Made by a program: the position numbers and the translations under genes | The notes under the pieces: model-generated | What the model saw: only the letters and a program-made list of their open reading frames with translations | Told to the model about the DNA's origin: nothing | Databases searched by the model: none | Shown here: positions 1 to 11,183 of the stretch, one piece after another | Numbering within the stretch: the stretch's first letter is position 1 | Layout: each line of letters opens with the position of its first letter | Assembly (NCBI GenBank): GCA_030704615.1 | Contig: CM060732.1 | Location: 55,986,001-56,050,000, forward strand | From: Takakia lepidozioides | Lineage: Eukaryota > Plantae > Bryophyta | DNA length: 64,000 nt | Direction of reading: 5' to 3'

Positions 1-275
1 GGAAGCCGATGGGATGAAGACGTGTGTCCAGCCACGTCCACGCGCCCATTGTGGGAATGTGCCCAGGAGCCTCTATTGTATCGGTACTACAACTTTAGCT
101 GAGGCCTACACTAGAACGTTGGGAACGCAGCTGCAGGAAGCTCTAAACGATGTTGGTAAACTGGGGAAGATTTATCAAGGCCTCCTTAAGCATGTCGCCT
201 TGAAATTTGGTGGCTTAGCAAATTTACCGGCTATCAACCCCATTGCATGCACCTACTCTCTTATCACCAGGACCC
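1..275 (+). mobile_element. Probable non-LTR retrotransposon fragment (post-RT region, Dualen/RandI-like)
   Basis: Peptide EAYTRTLGTQLQEALNDVGKLGKIYQGL...SLITRT resembles the ALND-G-LG segment I recall after the RT of this group. From memory only, no search. Confidence 0.3.
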
Positions 276-431
276 AAGGCGTCGCACCTGATTTTTCTTT
301 CGGAGCACCGGGTGTCGTCTTGGCGTGTGAAGGCCCTCCCTTCGATTTCCACGTGCCATTGTCACCGCATGGCCTATCCCACTTCTTTTCCGGTTGAAAG
401 GAGTCACCTTTCCGCCGGGTCTTCTTGTGGT

Positions 432-1976
432 TCAGCTCTTAGATGGGTTCGCCTCCAACTTCCGCCTGGCCCATGGGGCCAGTCCCGCCACAAAGTTGAA
501 GATCATTTCTGGTTCTGTCATGTCCGCGACTTCAAGCAACAGCACATCGAAAGCCTGAACATATCCCCGAATGTCATCCGTTTGCTTCAAATTCATCATC
601 TTGTCCCCGGCAGGCCAGGACGTGTTGAGGGGCACAAATTGTCTCTTTATCAGTTCCTTGAACCCACTCCAGTTCAAGGTTTCCGGGTTTGGACCTCGGT
701 CGTGAAGGGGTTTTTTTTGCCACCATTGTTGAGCATAGCCCCTCAAATAGGTGGAAGTCACTTCCACCCGATCCTCGTCACTTAACTTGGCCGCCCGAAA
801 GTACTGCTCTAGCTCCAAGAGCCAGGTGTTGAGTGCCTTCCGATTTCGGACGCCCTCGAAGGTGCCGGGTTCCTTAGGCTTCACCTTAAATTTTGCCTCA
901 GTGGAAGTGACATTAGCCGCCTTCAACAAGTCTTTCAACGTCCTGCCAAACTGCGCCAACAACCCTTTCCAAAAGGTTGCTGGCATGGGAGACATCTGTT
1001 GGTGTGTCGAAGCTCTCAGGGATTCCTTGGGCTCCGACTCCTCAGATTCCTCCCATTCTTGAGCGGCCTCGTTTTAAAAAACATGCATCGCTTCCTCAAA
1101 TGGCCGCTTTGGTGACACGTCGCCCCCATCGGGCTCACCAGGATCCTCATCTTTCGAGTCGTTCCGCTTTCGCTTTGGCTTGCCCGACCCCATGATGAGG
1201 CCGATCCCAAGGACGATCGCGTACTGAACTCTAAGCTCTGATACCAAGTGTCGGGCACCTCACTTTGGTAAGCTCCCTTTCAAGTCATAGTTACTCGCTT
1301 TGATGCGCGCGCCTAACTCCCAACCTGGCCGCCGGGCCAACTCGGAGCTTTCGGCTGCTCACCGGGACATAACGGTCCCCCTTTACTCTTCCAAAAGACC
1401 CTCCACCAATTTGGGCCTAGTGGAAATTCCCTTTTGGTAGATGGCAGTCCGGAATAGCTCCCCACTCCTTGGTCGTTTTCCGGCTCGCTCGCTTACTCAC
1501 TAGTTTTTGGTCACCAACGGGCTTGCACCGTTCTCGGGGTTACTACTCCCTATATATACTTCTGTGACTGTCCGCGGGGGTTTCACAAACAACCATGCCA
1601 TTTTATGGCGAACCACCACGAAGACCCTCGACTCCCGGTGATGAGTCGCGGTGAGTCTTAGCCCACCCACCACGGCCCCATTGGACCGTGATGAGTCCCA
1701 AGACTCCCCATGATTCCCACCACAAGGTCTCCTCCCCATGGTGAGTCCTATGCCACCCCCACTAAGTCCCGCTAAGCTACCACCACCCCTTGTGGAGCCA
1801 CCCCCATTGCAACCCGGTGTGCGGGGCTCCACCTAGTGAGCGCCTCCGCTTCCTTGAGTGCCTTGGCACTCAAGGGTGCTTCAGGCCCCCCGTACCTATC
1901 GCTGCCACTGCCCCCACCACAGGGGCAGCCCCTCCTGCGTCCCGACCCCCTGCCCTCAAGGCAAAAGGCCGCGACA
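432..1976 (-). mobile_element. 5' portion of Ty3/gypsy LTR retrotransposon family A (LTR, PBS, truncated gag)
   Basis: LTR 1976-1249 runs TGTCG...GACA on the minus strand and matches 46595-47300. PBS TGGTATCAGAGC (tRNA-iMet type) at 1246-1235. ORF 432-995 is gag-like (PKEPGTFEG, WLLELEQYF, YLRGYAQQWW, LKQTDDIRGY). Confidence 0.9.
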
Positions 1977-2856
1977 TATAGAGATGTGTAGATTTGGGAT
2001 ACTTCGTGGCGGGCTGATGAAACTTCTATGGTTGGCTTGTGGTTCATCCGCATGTTGGGTATGAATATGCGATAAGTAGTGGGTTTTGGTTCGTCGGTGG
2101 TATTCGGTAACCATTTTAATATTATGGTGTAGATTTGGGTTACCATGAGTGCTAAAAAGTTGGTCATTGTTTTCCCAGGTATTACGTTTGGGGGCTGATC
2201 CATTCCATTGACAATTGTATAGAGTTTTGACACATGTGGCTCCATATTGATCCAATGATATTTTTTGAGTTATGCCTTTTATTTCCTCTAATGTGTGGGC
2301 GGGTGTTACGGGGTGCCATGTGGGTTGAATAGCAAGTGGGGACGATATAATATTTGGTTGTGGTGGCTGTGGTTGGGGTGTTTGAGCTAGTTTTGTGGGG
2401 TAGACGCTTGTTGGGTTTAGGGCGAAGCCATGGAATAGTGATTGGATTTGCTTTTGTGTAGGGCTTGATGAATAGCAAGGGAATAGCTTCCATGGGTGAT
2501 AGGGCGAAGAGTTACATTGTCGTGGACATGTGTGGGTTAGACAAGCTGGAGTGGAAAAACATAGTAGTGTTTGGAGGTGTTGCAAATGAACATGTTGGGA
2601 GCGCGATGATGGTTTAGGATATTTTAGTCGAAAAATATGTGGGTCGATAAGTCTGGTGCCATTAATATCTGTAAGTTGTCTGACTATGGTGATGTTTAAA
2701 TTACATAAAGAATTTTAGAGTGGTTTGTTTACGAGGTATGTTGTCTGGGTTGAAAAGATGAATTTGTGGGCTTGTGTCCCAAAAAATTGATGTGTAATGA
2801 AGTTGGATTGTGGGCATGGTAGTGTCCAAAGTAATGTGCATATGTTTGAGTATATA
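1977..2856 (-). mobile_element. Decayed non-LTR retrotransposon internal fragment, probably the family at 47.3-49.4 kb
   Basis: A/C-rich minus strand with broken P/T/H/Q-rich frames, same composition as 47304-49344. No diagnostic catalytic motif seen. Confidence 0.35.
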
Positions 2857-4915
2857 CTAAGATCAACCTCTTTATAGCTAATCATCCACAGACTGATGGT
2901 CAAACCGAACGTGTAAATCATATTTTGGAACAGGATCTTCGTTGTACGATAATTTATCACGAAGATAATTGGACGGACCTTCTGTCATTGGCTGAGTTTG
3001 CCTACAACAACACTATACATTCTTCGACCAAACAAACTCAATTTTTCTCCAATTATGGTCATCATCCTCGAGTAAACCCTTTCCACAAGAAAACTGTTAT
3101 AAGTCATGCTGCAGAAAACCTTGCTACTCATCTTGTTACGATTCACAAGGAGCTTACATCCCACCTCGTAGAAGCTCAAAAACAATATGAGTATGTAGAT
3201 CATCGTCGTCAACTCCAACCCCAGTTCAAGGTCGGAGATCGTGTGTGGCTTCTTCGACGGGACATACAAACCTCGCGACCATCAAGGAAGTTGGATTATC
3301 AACGCCTGAAACCATTCAAAATTATTCGACAAAATAAATCCGGTCAGTTTTCGGCTTAAACTCCCACGAAGTATGCGCATCCATCCAGTCTTTCATGTTT
3401 CATTATTGGAGTTGTATCATCCATCGAATATTCCAGGGAGAGTTTCCGTACCACCTCCACCAATCGAAGTCAATTAGGAAATTGAGTATGAAGTCGACGA
3501 AGTTATAGACTCTCGCATCAAGTATAAACGTCTTGAGTATTTCATACATTGGAAAAGCTATGATATCAGCAAACGAACGTGAGAACCTTCATCCAACCTC
3601 GCCAATGCGTCTGACAAAATCTAAGAATTTCATCATCGATATCCAGCTAGGCCCCGAGCTACACGTCAATGAGACGTCACAACGATGATATTAGCCAAGT
3701 TAGCTTCAAGGAGAAGACTCAACATTCAATGTACCTGATACACGCTAAGGATGGAGGAGCACCACACATCAGTATATATAGCTATATTTCCAACACTCTT
3801 GCAACTTGTATTGGCAGCATGGAGTCACAAGAACCAGATACATTGGAGTTGTCGCTTATCCAACTACCAGATTAGCCGTTCCGACTCTCATGACCTTCAA
3901 CATCACGCCGACGCTCTCGAGACGATGGGTCACCAATGCGACGCGTACTTCCTCGTCTGGACCCCGTACGACGGCAAGTGGAACCTACTCAAAGTCTGAT
4001 AATTTTGTTGGAGGTTGAGGCTTCGAACCCAGAAGGCAACGAAATCATGTTTGAAGGCAGCTTCGAAAATCAGAATACTCAAATCACTGCGTGGTCCCAA
4101 GTTCAAGGTGTTGGACACTATCGATGGTTGTAGGGACCTATAAATCATTTGAGTCAAGAACGAAGAGTCAAATCCTTGGCAAGTACCATTTGCCGGATTT
4201 TGGATTTTTTCCAACTCTAAGCAAGTCCAAGATTTTACCGCTCCTCGAGGAACTCGGCGCTAGAGGAGGGGGCGATGTCACGGACATAGCCCAGAGGAAC
4301 TTACCAGGAGTAAATACTAGAAGTTATCAATTACCATGTTATCCGAAGTTACCATGATTTACCATGATCTACTATGATTTACCATTACTTATCAAGTTAC
4401 CGGGAGTTTACCAAATTACCAAGAGTAACTTGGGAAACTACTCAGGAAGCGTTATTTGGAGGAAACTTCTCCATCAAGATACTTCATTTGTTTAAGGAAG
4501 CTTCTCCATCAAGAAACCTTTGTTTAATCTTGGAAACTTCTCCAGCAAGAAATCTCCATAGGGGAAGCTTCTTGGGGAAGCTTCTTAGTAGCCAGTATAT
4601 ATAGGAGGCGAGACTGGATACTCTTCAGTCTCGCCAACACCAGTTCAAGCTACTGTTGTTTCCAGTCCCCAGTACTCCAGTCCGGTTCCCAGTACCTTAG
4701 CCCAGTTTCCAGTATCTGGTACTCTAGTCCAGTTTCCAACATTCCAATATTCAAGTCGTGTTCTAATATCTTGTACCCTTGTTCATTGTTATAAAGATCG
4801 TCTTGATTCGTATTTACTCATTGTGCATACGGTCACGCCGACCTTGACTTCTTGCCTAGTCTTGTACTTCTAGTCTGATCTCTTGTTTGTGTTTAGTCAT
4901 GTTATCGTCCTGACA
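2857..4915 (+). mobile_element. 3' half of chromovirus family B (integrase C-terminus, chromodomain, PPT, 3' LTR)
   Basis: [37 protein letters not shown] and chromodomain EYEVDEVIDSR...YFIHWKSY, with stops. PPT AGAGGAGGGGG precedes LTR 4276-4915 (TGTCA...TGACA), which matches 39199-39805. Confidence 0.92.
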
Positions 4916-5920
4916 AAAAAAATTTATTCGACATTCAAAATCATCCGCGTGAGCACCTATCTTATTTGTGAAGAAGAAGGACGGATCGTTACGCATGTGT
5001 GTGGACTATCGTGGGCTCAAAAAAATCATTATAAAAAATCGTTACCCACTACCGTTGATTTCTGGACTCCTCGAACAACTTGGACGAGCAAATGTTTTCA
5101 CAAAGATCGACTTGAGATGAGCTTACAACCTTGTACGAATAAAAGAAGGAGACGAATGGAAGACTGTTTTTCGCACAAGGTACGGACATTTCGAATACAG
5201 TGTTATGCCTTTCGGTCTTACAAATGCTCTAGCAATTTTTCAACACATGATAAATGACATTTTTCGAGAATTTTTAGATGACTTTGTAGTCATCTATTTG
5301 GACGACATTATGATATTTCACAGAATGAAGAAGAACTTGTTGGCCATGTACGCATTGTCTTTGATAAATTGAGGGAAAAAATGACTATATGCCAAGTTGG
5401 AAAAATGACTTTTCCACCAACCTGAAGTCGAGATTTTGGGCTATATTATTTCCGACAAATGAGTCTTTATCGATTAGAAGAAAATACAAACCATCATCGA
5501 GTGGATTAAACCAACTTCGGTCCGAGATGTACAATGTTTTCTAGGATTTGCAAATTTCTATAGAATCTGCATCAAGGACTACTCCAAAATTGCTACACCA
5601 TTGACACGACACACAGGGAAGGACAAATTTGTATAGGACGAGAAGGCTGACCAGGCATTTGAAAGGCTGAAGCAAGCATTTACAATGGCTCTAATACTGG
5701 TACATGCAGACCCATTTAAACCATTCTTTTTGGAGGCAGATGCATTAGACTTTGCACTTGGCGCGATACTCTCTCAACACGGTGCAGATGGCCGACTTCA
5801 CCCTGTGGTTTTCGTTCTTGCAAATTTTTCGCTACGGAGATCAATTATGAAATCCATGACAAAGAACTTCTAGCGATTATCGATGTTTTTGAGGAGTGGC
5901 GTCATCTATTGGAAGGAGCT
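4916..5920 (+). mobile_element. RT/RNase H fragment of another family B copy abutting the LTR
   Basis: Colinear with about 41630-42585. Motifs [48 protein letters not shown], all frameshifted. Confidence 0.88.
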
Positions 5921-6390
5921 GTTGCTATAGGTTTAGGGTTTTTGTCTACACTATTGAAGGTTTCGCCTTGTTGAATTGGCGCAGATGTACCGTACAAATG
6001 CACCGGTCCTCTATACCCGCTCATGATTTTATTCTGTTTTGAAAACATATAACTCATATGACCGAGATTAGAAAACATAAAACACCCGTGATCGTGGGTT
6101 GTGCTCACGTGAGCATGCTCACGCTGCGCTCAGATAATACCAACCCCGGTTCACCTGTTCAACAGATTACCGGGTGGTATCCTCTACCCTAAAGTTCAAA
6201 AAGATCACCCCACTGCCGAGCTCCACATGATTGATCTGGCAATTATCTCCGAGCGCTCCGCAAGCTCTTTCTTTGTGGGCCGGGCTCCTACCGCATGGAA
6301 GGACGCTCTATACCCTCTCTCGGGGAGCCCAGCGGTCTCTCTTGCCTTCTAGAAGGTTGTATCGCGTCAGGTGTGCACATTCCCACAATG
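5918..6390 (-). repeat. Dispersed repeat, inverted copy of about 49451-49920
   Basis: Reverse complement matches 49451-49920, including the palindromic GTGCTCACGTGAGCATGCTCACG block. Confidence 0.85.
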
Positions 6391-7443
6391 GGCGCGTGGA
6401 CGTGGCTAGACACACGTCTTCATCCCATTGGCCTCCTGCTCTTCTCTACTGCACCTTTTTTTTTCCTACATCCCTATTGGTTGCTCCAATAGTCTCTCCT
6501 TTTCTGAACTTCAAAATCCCCCCAAAATTGATGTTTGGTACTTATTAACATGTCTCTGGGTTATTGCCCGCCCTCCCCCATTGGCTGGGCCATTCGCCTT
6601 CGTCTTTCTGACCTTGACCTTCCGGAATAACGTGTCGGAGGATTTGGGATCCTTATTTATTAGTTAGTGAGAGGAGAAAATAACCTCTTTCACACTAACC
6701 GAACCATGGAGGCGTAGAAATGGGACACCGCCAAGGGAAGGGGGGGGGAGAGTATACCATATCCGTCCAGTAGTAGGAATTGACCCAGAATCATCTATCA
6801 AGGGGCCTGATTTGTGAGCTGTTGCTCCCAGGTGTTTCCCTCATATATATATAAGGCAACGACCTTCTAGAATATATTAGGTGGTACTTCACAATTCGCT
6901 CCAAGTGAGCTATGGCGGGCATGTGGCAGAGGCTCTTTCTGCATGCAAAAGGATCAGCATGCAATGTATCGAGGATGTGGCTCGGAAATGCCTTTGAAAC
7001 ATCTGTCCTACTCGCTTCATACAGTCAGCAACTAGGATTTCTTGAGATGAGGGGGATCCGAGGCTCAAATTCATGAGACTCATGGCGGGGAAATTTCGCT
7101 GGGTGGCGTCGGATGTTTGTTTACTATCAATCCTGCATTTAGAGGCTGATCGATGGAGATGGGCAGTGGGTTGAAGATATCTGGCCAGATTGGTAACACT
7201 CATTGCCAGTTCCAGCGATGCAGATACCACCGTCCTGGAATCTACGCAGCTGACCGACCACAGCCAGCGTGTGCAGCTGTTTCTCGCCTTCCCCTCAACT
7301 ATTTAATCCTCCCCATCCCTCGCAGAAGGCAGAGCAATACCAGAGAGCACTTGCATACTTTCGTGGACTCGAGCAACAGCTACATCACCGATTTCCACAC
7401 AGATCCACTTTCATACTTTTGGTCTTCCTTTAACTCAGTCAAC

Positions 7444-8330
7444 ATGGCAAGCGGATTAGGCGACCGTCTCTTCGGCAACAAGGAGGAGGTCCCGGCTCAG
7501 ACTGCAACTGGAACAACGGCGCCGAATACTGTGAATATCTCGCTCCTTTCGAATTGACCTCTGTAATTTGCTTGATGAAATCCAGCTGAGAGGATCATGT
7601 GTTTCACTCGTGTTTCATACTTCCCCGTAGTTGCTGTTGGTCCCCTTATTTATATGTGAAGTTACTCTTCCTAATGTTGTTCACGGTGCTGAAGATCTGA
7701 GTACATGGGAAGTACAGTATAGTACAAAATCGTTGAAGTTTACTTGGATCTGCACAATTCGACCCGCCCCGACTATGTAAATGCAGTGACCAACTGACAA
7801 CTTGACGTTTCTCAACTTCCGCTGTTCAATCGAATCGATTTTGCTTTAGACTAGCAGTTTCCGGAGTAGGAAAATCGTGTGTTGTTACATAGTTGGAACT
7901 ACATCCTGCACTCGTTTTACAGCTATCCATGTGTTGTACAATCAAATTGAAGTGTTAGTGCTAGTCGGTGTCATGGGTAATGCAGATCTTTCGATAGTCG
8001 CCTCAGAAAGAGATGTATTCAGCGACTGGTCTGAACACTTTCGCAAGGATATTCGATCTCTCGAGATGAATATAAGTATTCGTTGAAATACATTTATAGC
8101 ATTGCCCCTTAACAGTCAGTCTTATGTAATGAAATCTGGCATTCGAAATGTTGATTTGAATTTCTTGTTGAATTGGGGCAATGCAGGCCGAAGCTGCTAA
8201 ACACCACAAGCACCACGAGGAAGAGGCGGGGTTGGCAGGCGCAGCCGCTGTCGGATATGGCGTTCACGAGCACCACGAAAAGAAGGAGGATGAGAAAGAG
8301 GGTGGTGAGAAGAAGCACCACATATTTTAA
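7444..8330 (+). CDS. ASR: Small ABA/WDS-induced (ASR-family) protein, 76 aa, 2 exons
   Basis: Exon 1 7444-7530 (MASGLGDRLFGNKEEVPAQTATGTTAPNT), phase-0 GT..AG intron, exon 2 8187-8330 (AEAAKHHKHHEEEAGLAGAAAVGYGVHEHHEKKEDEKEGGEKKHHIF*). The AAAVGYGVHEHHEKK and KKHHxF end are ASR hallmarks. Confidence 0.82.
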
Positions 8331-8835
8331 AAATACCCTGGAGATGATATCTCACAGTAGCTACAGCAATGGTTCTCATAAGTAGTGTGGACATCTTATG
8401 TACATGCCTAGAGCAGAAGGGAGGGAGGAACATGGACTCTCGTTAAGCAGGGGGGGCTCGATTTAGTGGTGTGACTTGGAAAGATTCAGTTGATTCCAGA
8501 CTTTCAGAGCAGAAAGCTTATCCTCAGATGTAATGCATGGATTTTTTCCGCAATATCCACAAATGAGAGAGGCTCTTATTTAAGCTGGCGTCAATGAAGT
8601 AGAGGAAGGGTGGAAGGATTTGTTACAGTGGGAGTCAGCCTGTAAGCATCATCTCAGTGACGAGGGGCAGAATTCGTCTTAACAAGGCAGATCTTGGTTT
8701 CTGGATTTCGAGCACGTCCTTGTGATGATGTGGAGGGTTCCATAACAAATCCTCTGGTTGAATGGGCCCTTTTTTGGGGAGCCTATTCAGCATGGTCAAA
8801 ATGCAATGGTAGTAAATGATATGCTTACTTGTATC

Positions 8836-10600
8836 GGCCCATAAGGCTATTGCAAACCACTTCTTATAAGTACATTCTCTCTCTCTCTCTCATGACACAG
8901 TGTAGAGAGATGGTCTATGGCTCCCGACTCTGGTCATCTGGGATCAAGGGAAGGATGTGGACTGTGGTCCATAACTTGTATGCCCACACCAAAAGCTGTG
9001 TCACTGTTAATGGACAGAAGTCTAACTTCTTTGACATAGACCAAGTTGTAGCTCAAGGATGTACCTCTCCCCTATGCTCTTTAAATGTCTTCATCAATCA
9101 ACTTCTCGAGGATGTGGAAAGTGAGGGATTTGGGTCAAGGGTGGGTGATGCCACCATACCAGCCTTTATGTTTGCGGATGACTTCGCAGGCATAGGGGAA
9201 ACTCCATCCCATCTTCAGGAGTTGATCTATTGCGTGAATAGATACTTTGACCTTTGGTGGCTAGAGGCTAATGTCAGTAAATGCTGTGGTGGCATTTAAC
9301 AACCATGGGGAGGGAGGAGGTGACCTCAAGTGGCAGTGGGGCCTGTCCTCCCTTTCTACACAAACCTTGGCGTTTTCCTCCATCTATAATTGGGAAGCGC
9401 ATATATCAAAAGTGATTCATTTTGGCAAGCGCAAAGCGTTGGGTCTCACTAATTTTTTCCACTGCTGAGGGAGGGATTAACTCTGAAGAGAAATCACTCT
9501 TTGCCGCGTTATTAAGCGTACCTTGGAGTACGCATCTGCTGTGTGGGTCAACCAGGCTAAGTCTCTAGAATCCACTTAAGTGGGGGTGCTCAAGGAGTGC
9601 ATGTCAGCATGCTCCAAAACAGCTAATATCACTGTTCGTGTTGAGTTTGGCATTCCTCCATTAAGCTCCCATGAATTCAAGGTCAGATGGTGGGGTCAGC
9701 TGCAACTTATGACTAATACCAGATATCTTAAGTCAATCAACTCTATACTTGGAAGCAGGAGCGCCCTGTCAAACACACTTAAGTCCTGGCGGAAGAGGGT
9801 AGAAGAGATAGTCAAGGATCGGAATTCAAAAGCCATGACCCTGCTGGATAGATCTGACTTACAGGCTGAAGTTCCCAAAGCAATGTTTATTGCTAGGAAA
9901 TTGACTTCTGAAAATGAAGTTAGGCTGAAAACTTCCTTGAACCCGTTCCCGTTTGTGACATGGGTGAGGCCATCATGTATGACCTCAAGGGTTTACCCAC
10001 TCTTGGCACTAGACTGAAATTCAAACTCATGGTAGGTAGCCTACCTTTGAACAGCAAACAGACGCAGAGAGGAAAGGGGGATTGTAAGTGCACGTTGTGT
10101 GGGCAACCTGAAGACAATATCCACTTCCTGATTCACTGTAGTGGGCACTCTCACCAGGGAGACCACCTCTTTAATTCCATCAAGGGAATTGTTCCTGTAC
10201 CTCTGTTTACCAACTTTGAAAATCTTGTGGCAAAAAGCCCAAGCCCTTTTGGGGTCTAGTTATTGGGCAAATCACACATAGCAGATTGATGTTTGTGTGA
10301 AGGGATTTCTAGAACATATCTGGAAAGCTCGAATCAATTGCATAGGTCATACTACGGGCTGACAAAGGTAGTTTCTGTCCCTTTGTGTTCCGCTCAAACT
10401 GGGCCCACTGGGCCCGGGGTCAATAGCCACAAGGCTAGCACACAACGCCTTATGAGTACACACACTCTCTCTCTCTCTCTGTCTCTCTCTCTCTCTGGCT
10501 CTCTTGGGGTCTAAATGCTGGGCAGCTCACACACAAGAAGTTGATGCTTGTGTGAAGGGCTTTTAGAGGATATCTGGAAAACCCAAACTAATTGTCGCAT
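8836..10600 (+). mobile_element. Stack of three LINE pieces (APE-RT type, RTE-X-like) separated by (CT)n tails
   Basis: Short 3' end plus CT tail at 8836-8891, then a decayed 5'-truncated copy at 8892-10502 (FMFADD, CTLC..HFLIHC, CT tail), then a fragment at 10503-10600. All are homologous to 30470-32205. Confidence 0.88.
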
Positions 10601-11183
10601 TACTGGAGTGAGCCCGAGGGACAATCAAGAAGGCTAATTTGGTGTCCAACATGGGAGCTCCGGAAATAACAGCTGAATTTGGGCCAATTGCAGGCAGGAA
10701 ACACTAGTGCTACTACTGCAAATCCGTGCGCTCGACTCCCAAAATTGGAACTGTGTTGGATTCAAACTTGAGAGGAATCTATTTAAGAGCCTCTCCACTA
10801 GAACAAATAGTTGTCAACATCGATCAAGGCGCTGGTTGCTCCCCAATCACCCCAAAGTACATCAGTCCAACGAGTGTTCTGGCGATTCCCTTGTTGAACC
10901 CAGTTTGGTGAAAATAACTGCAGGATGTACACCACACCTACTATTCCTTGCTAGAGCTGTTGAGTCTCCAACTTTTTCTTGATAAGGTTTGTATCTAGTT
11001 CTTTCTGTTCAGTAATTGTATTGAATTTTGAACACCACCACGAGCAGCACTCAGAAAATGCTTGGTGACTGCTTCATCAACAATACAGGTTCTGTCTTCC
11101 GATATTAATCTTGAAGTAGGACAGAATTATGACCTGTCCACCTGGAAACCTTGACACACTGTCTTGCAAGCATGTTCCTCCTT

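Noticed and set aside
5930-5942. Interstitial telomere repeat
   Set aside because: Only one TTTAGGG unit, inside a dispersed repeat.
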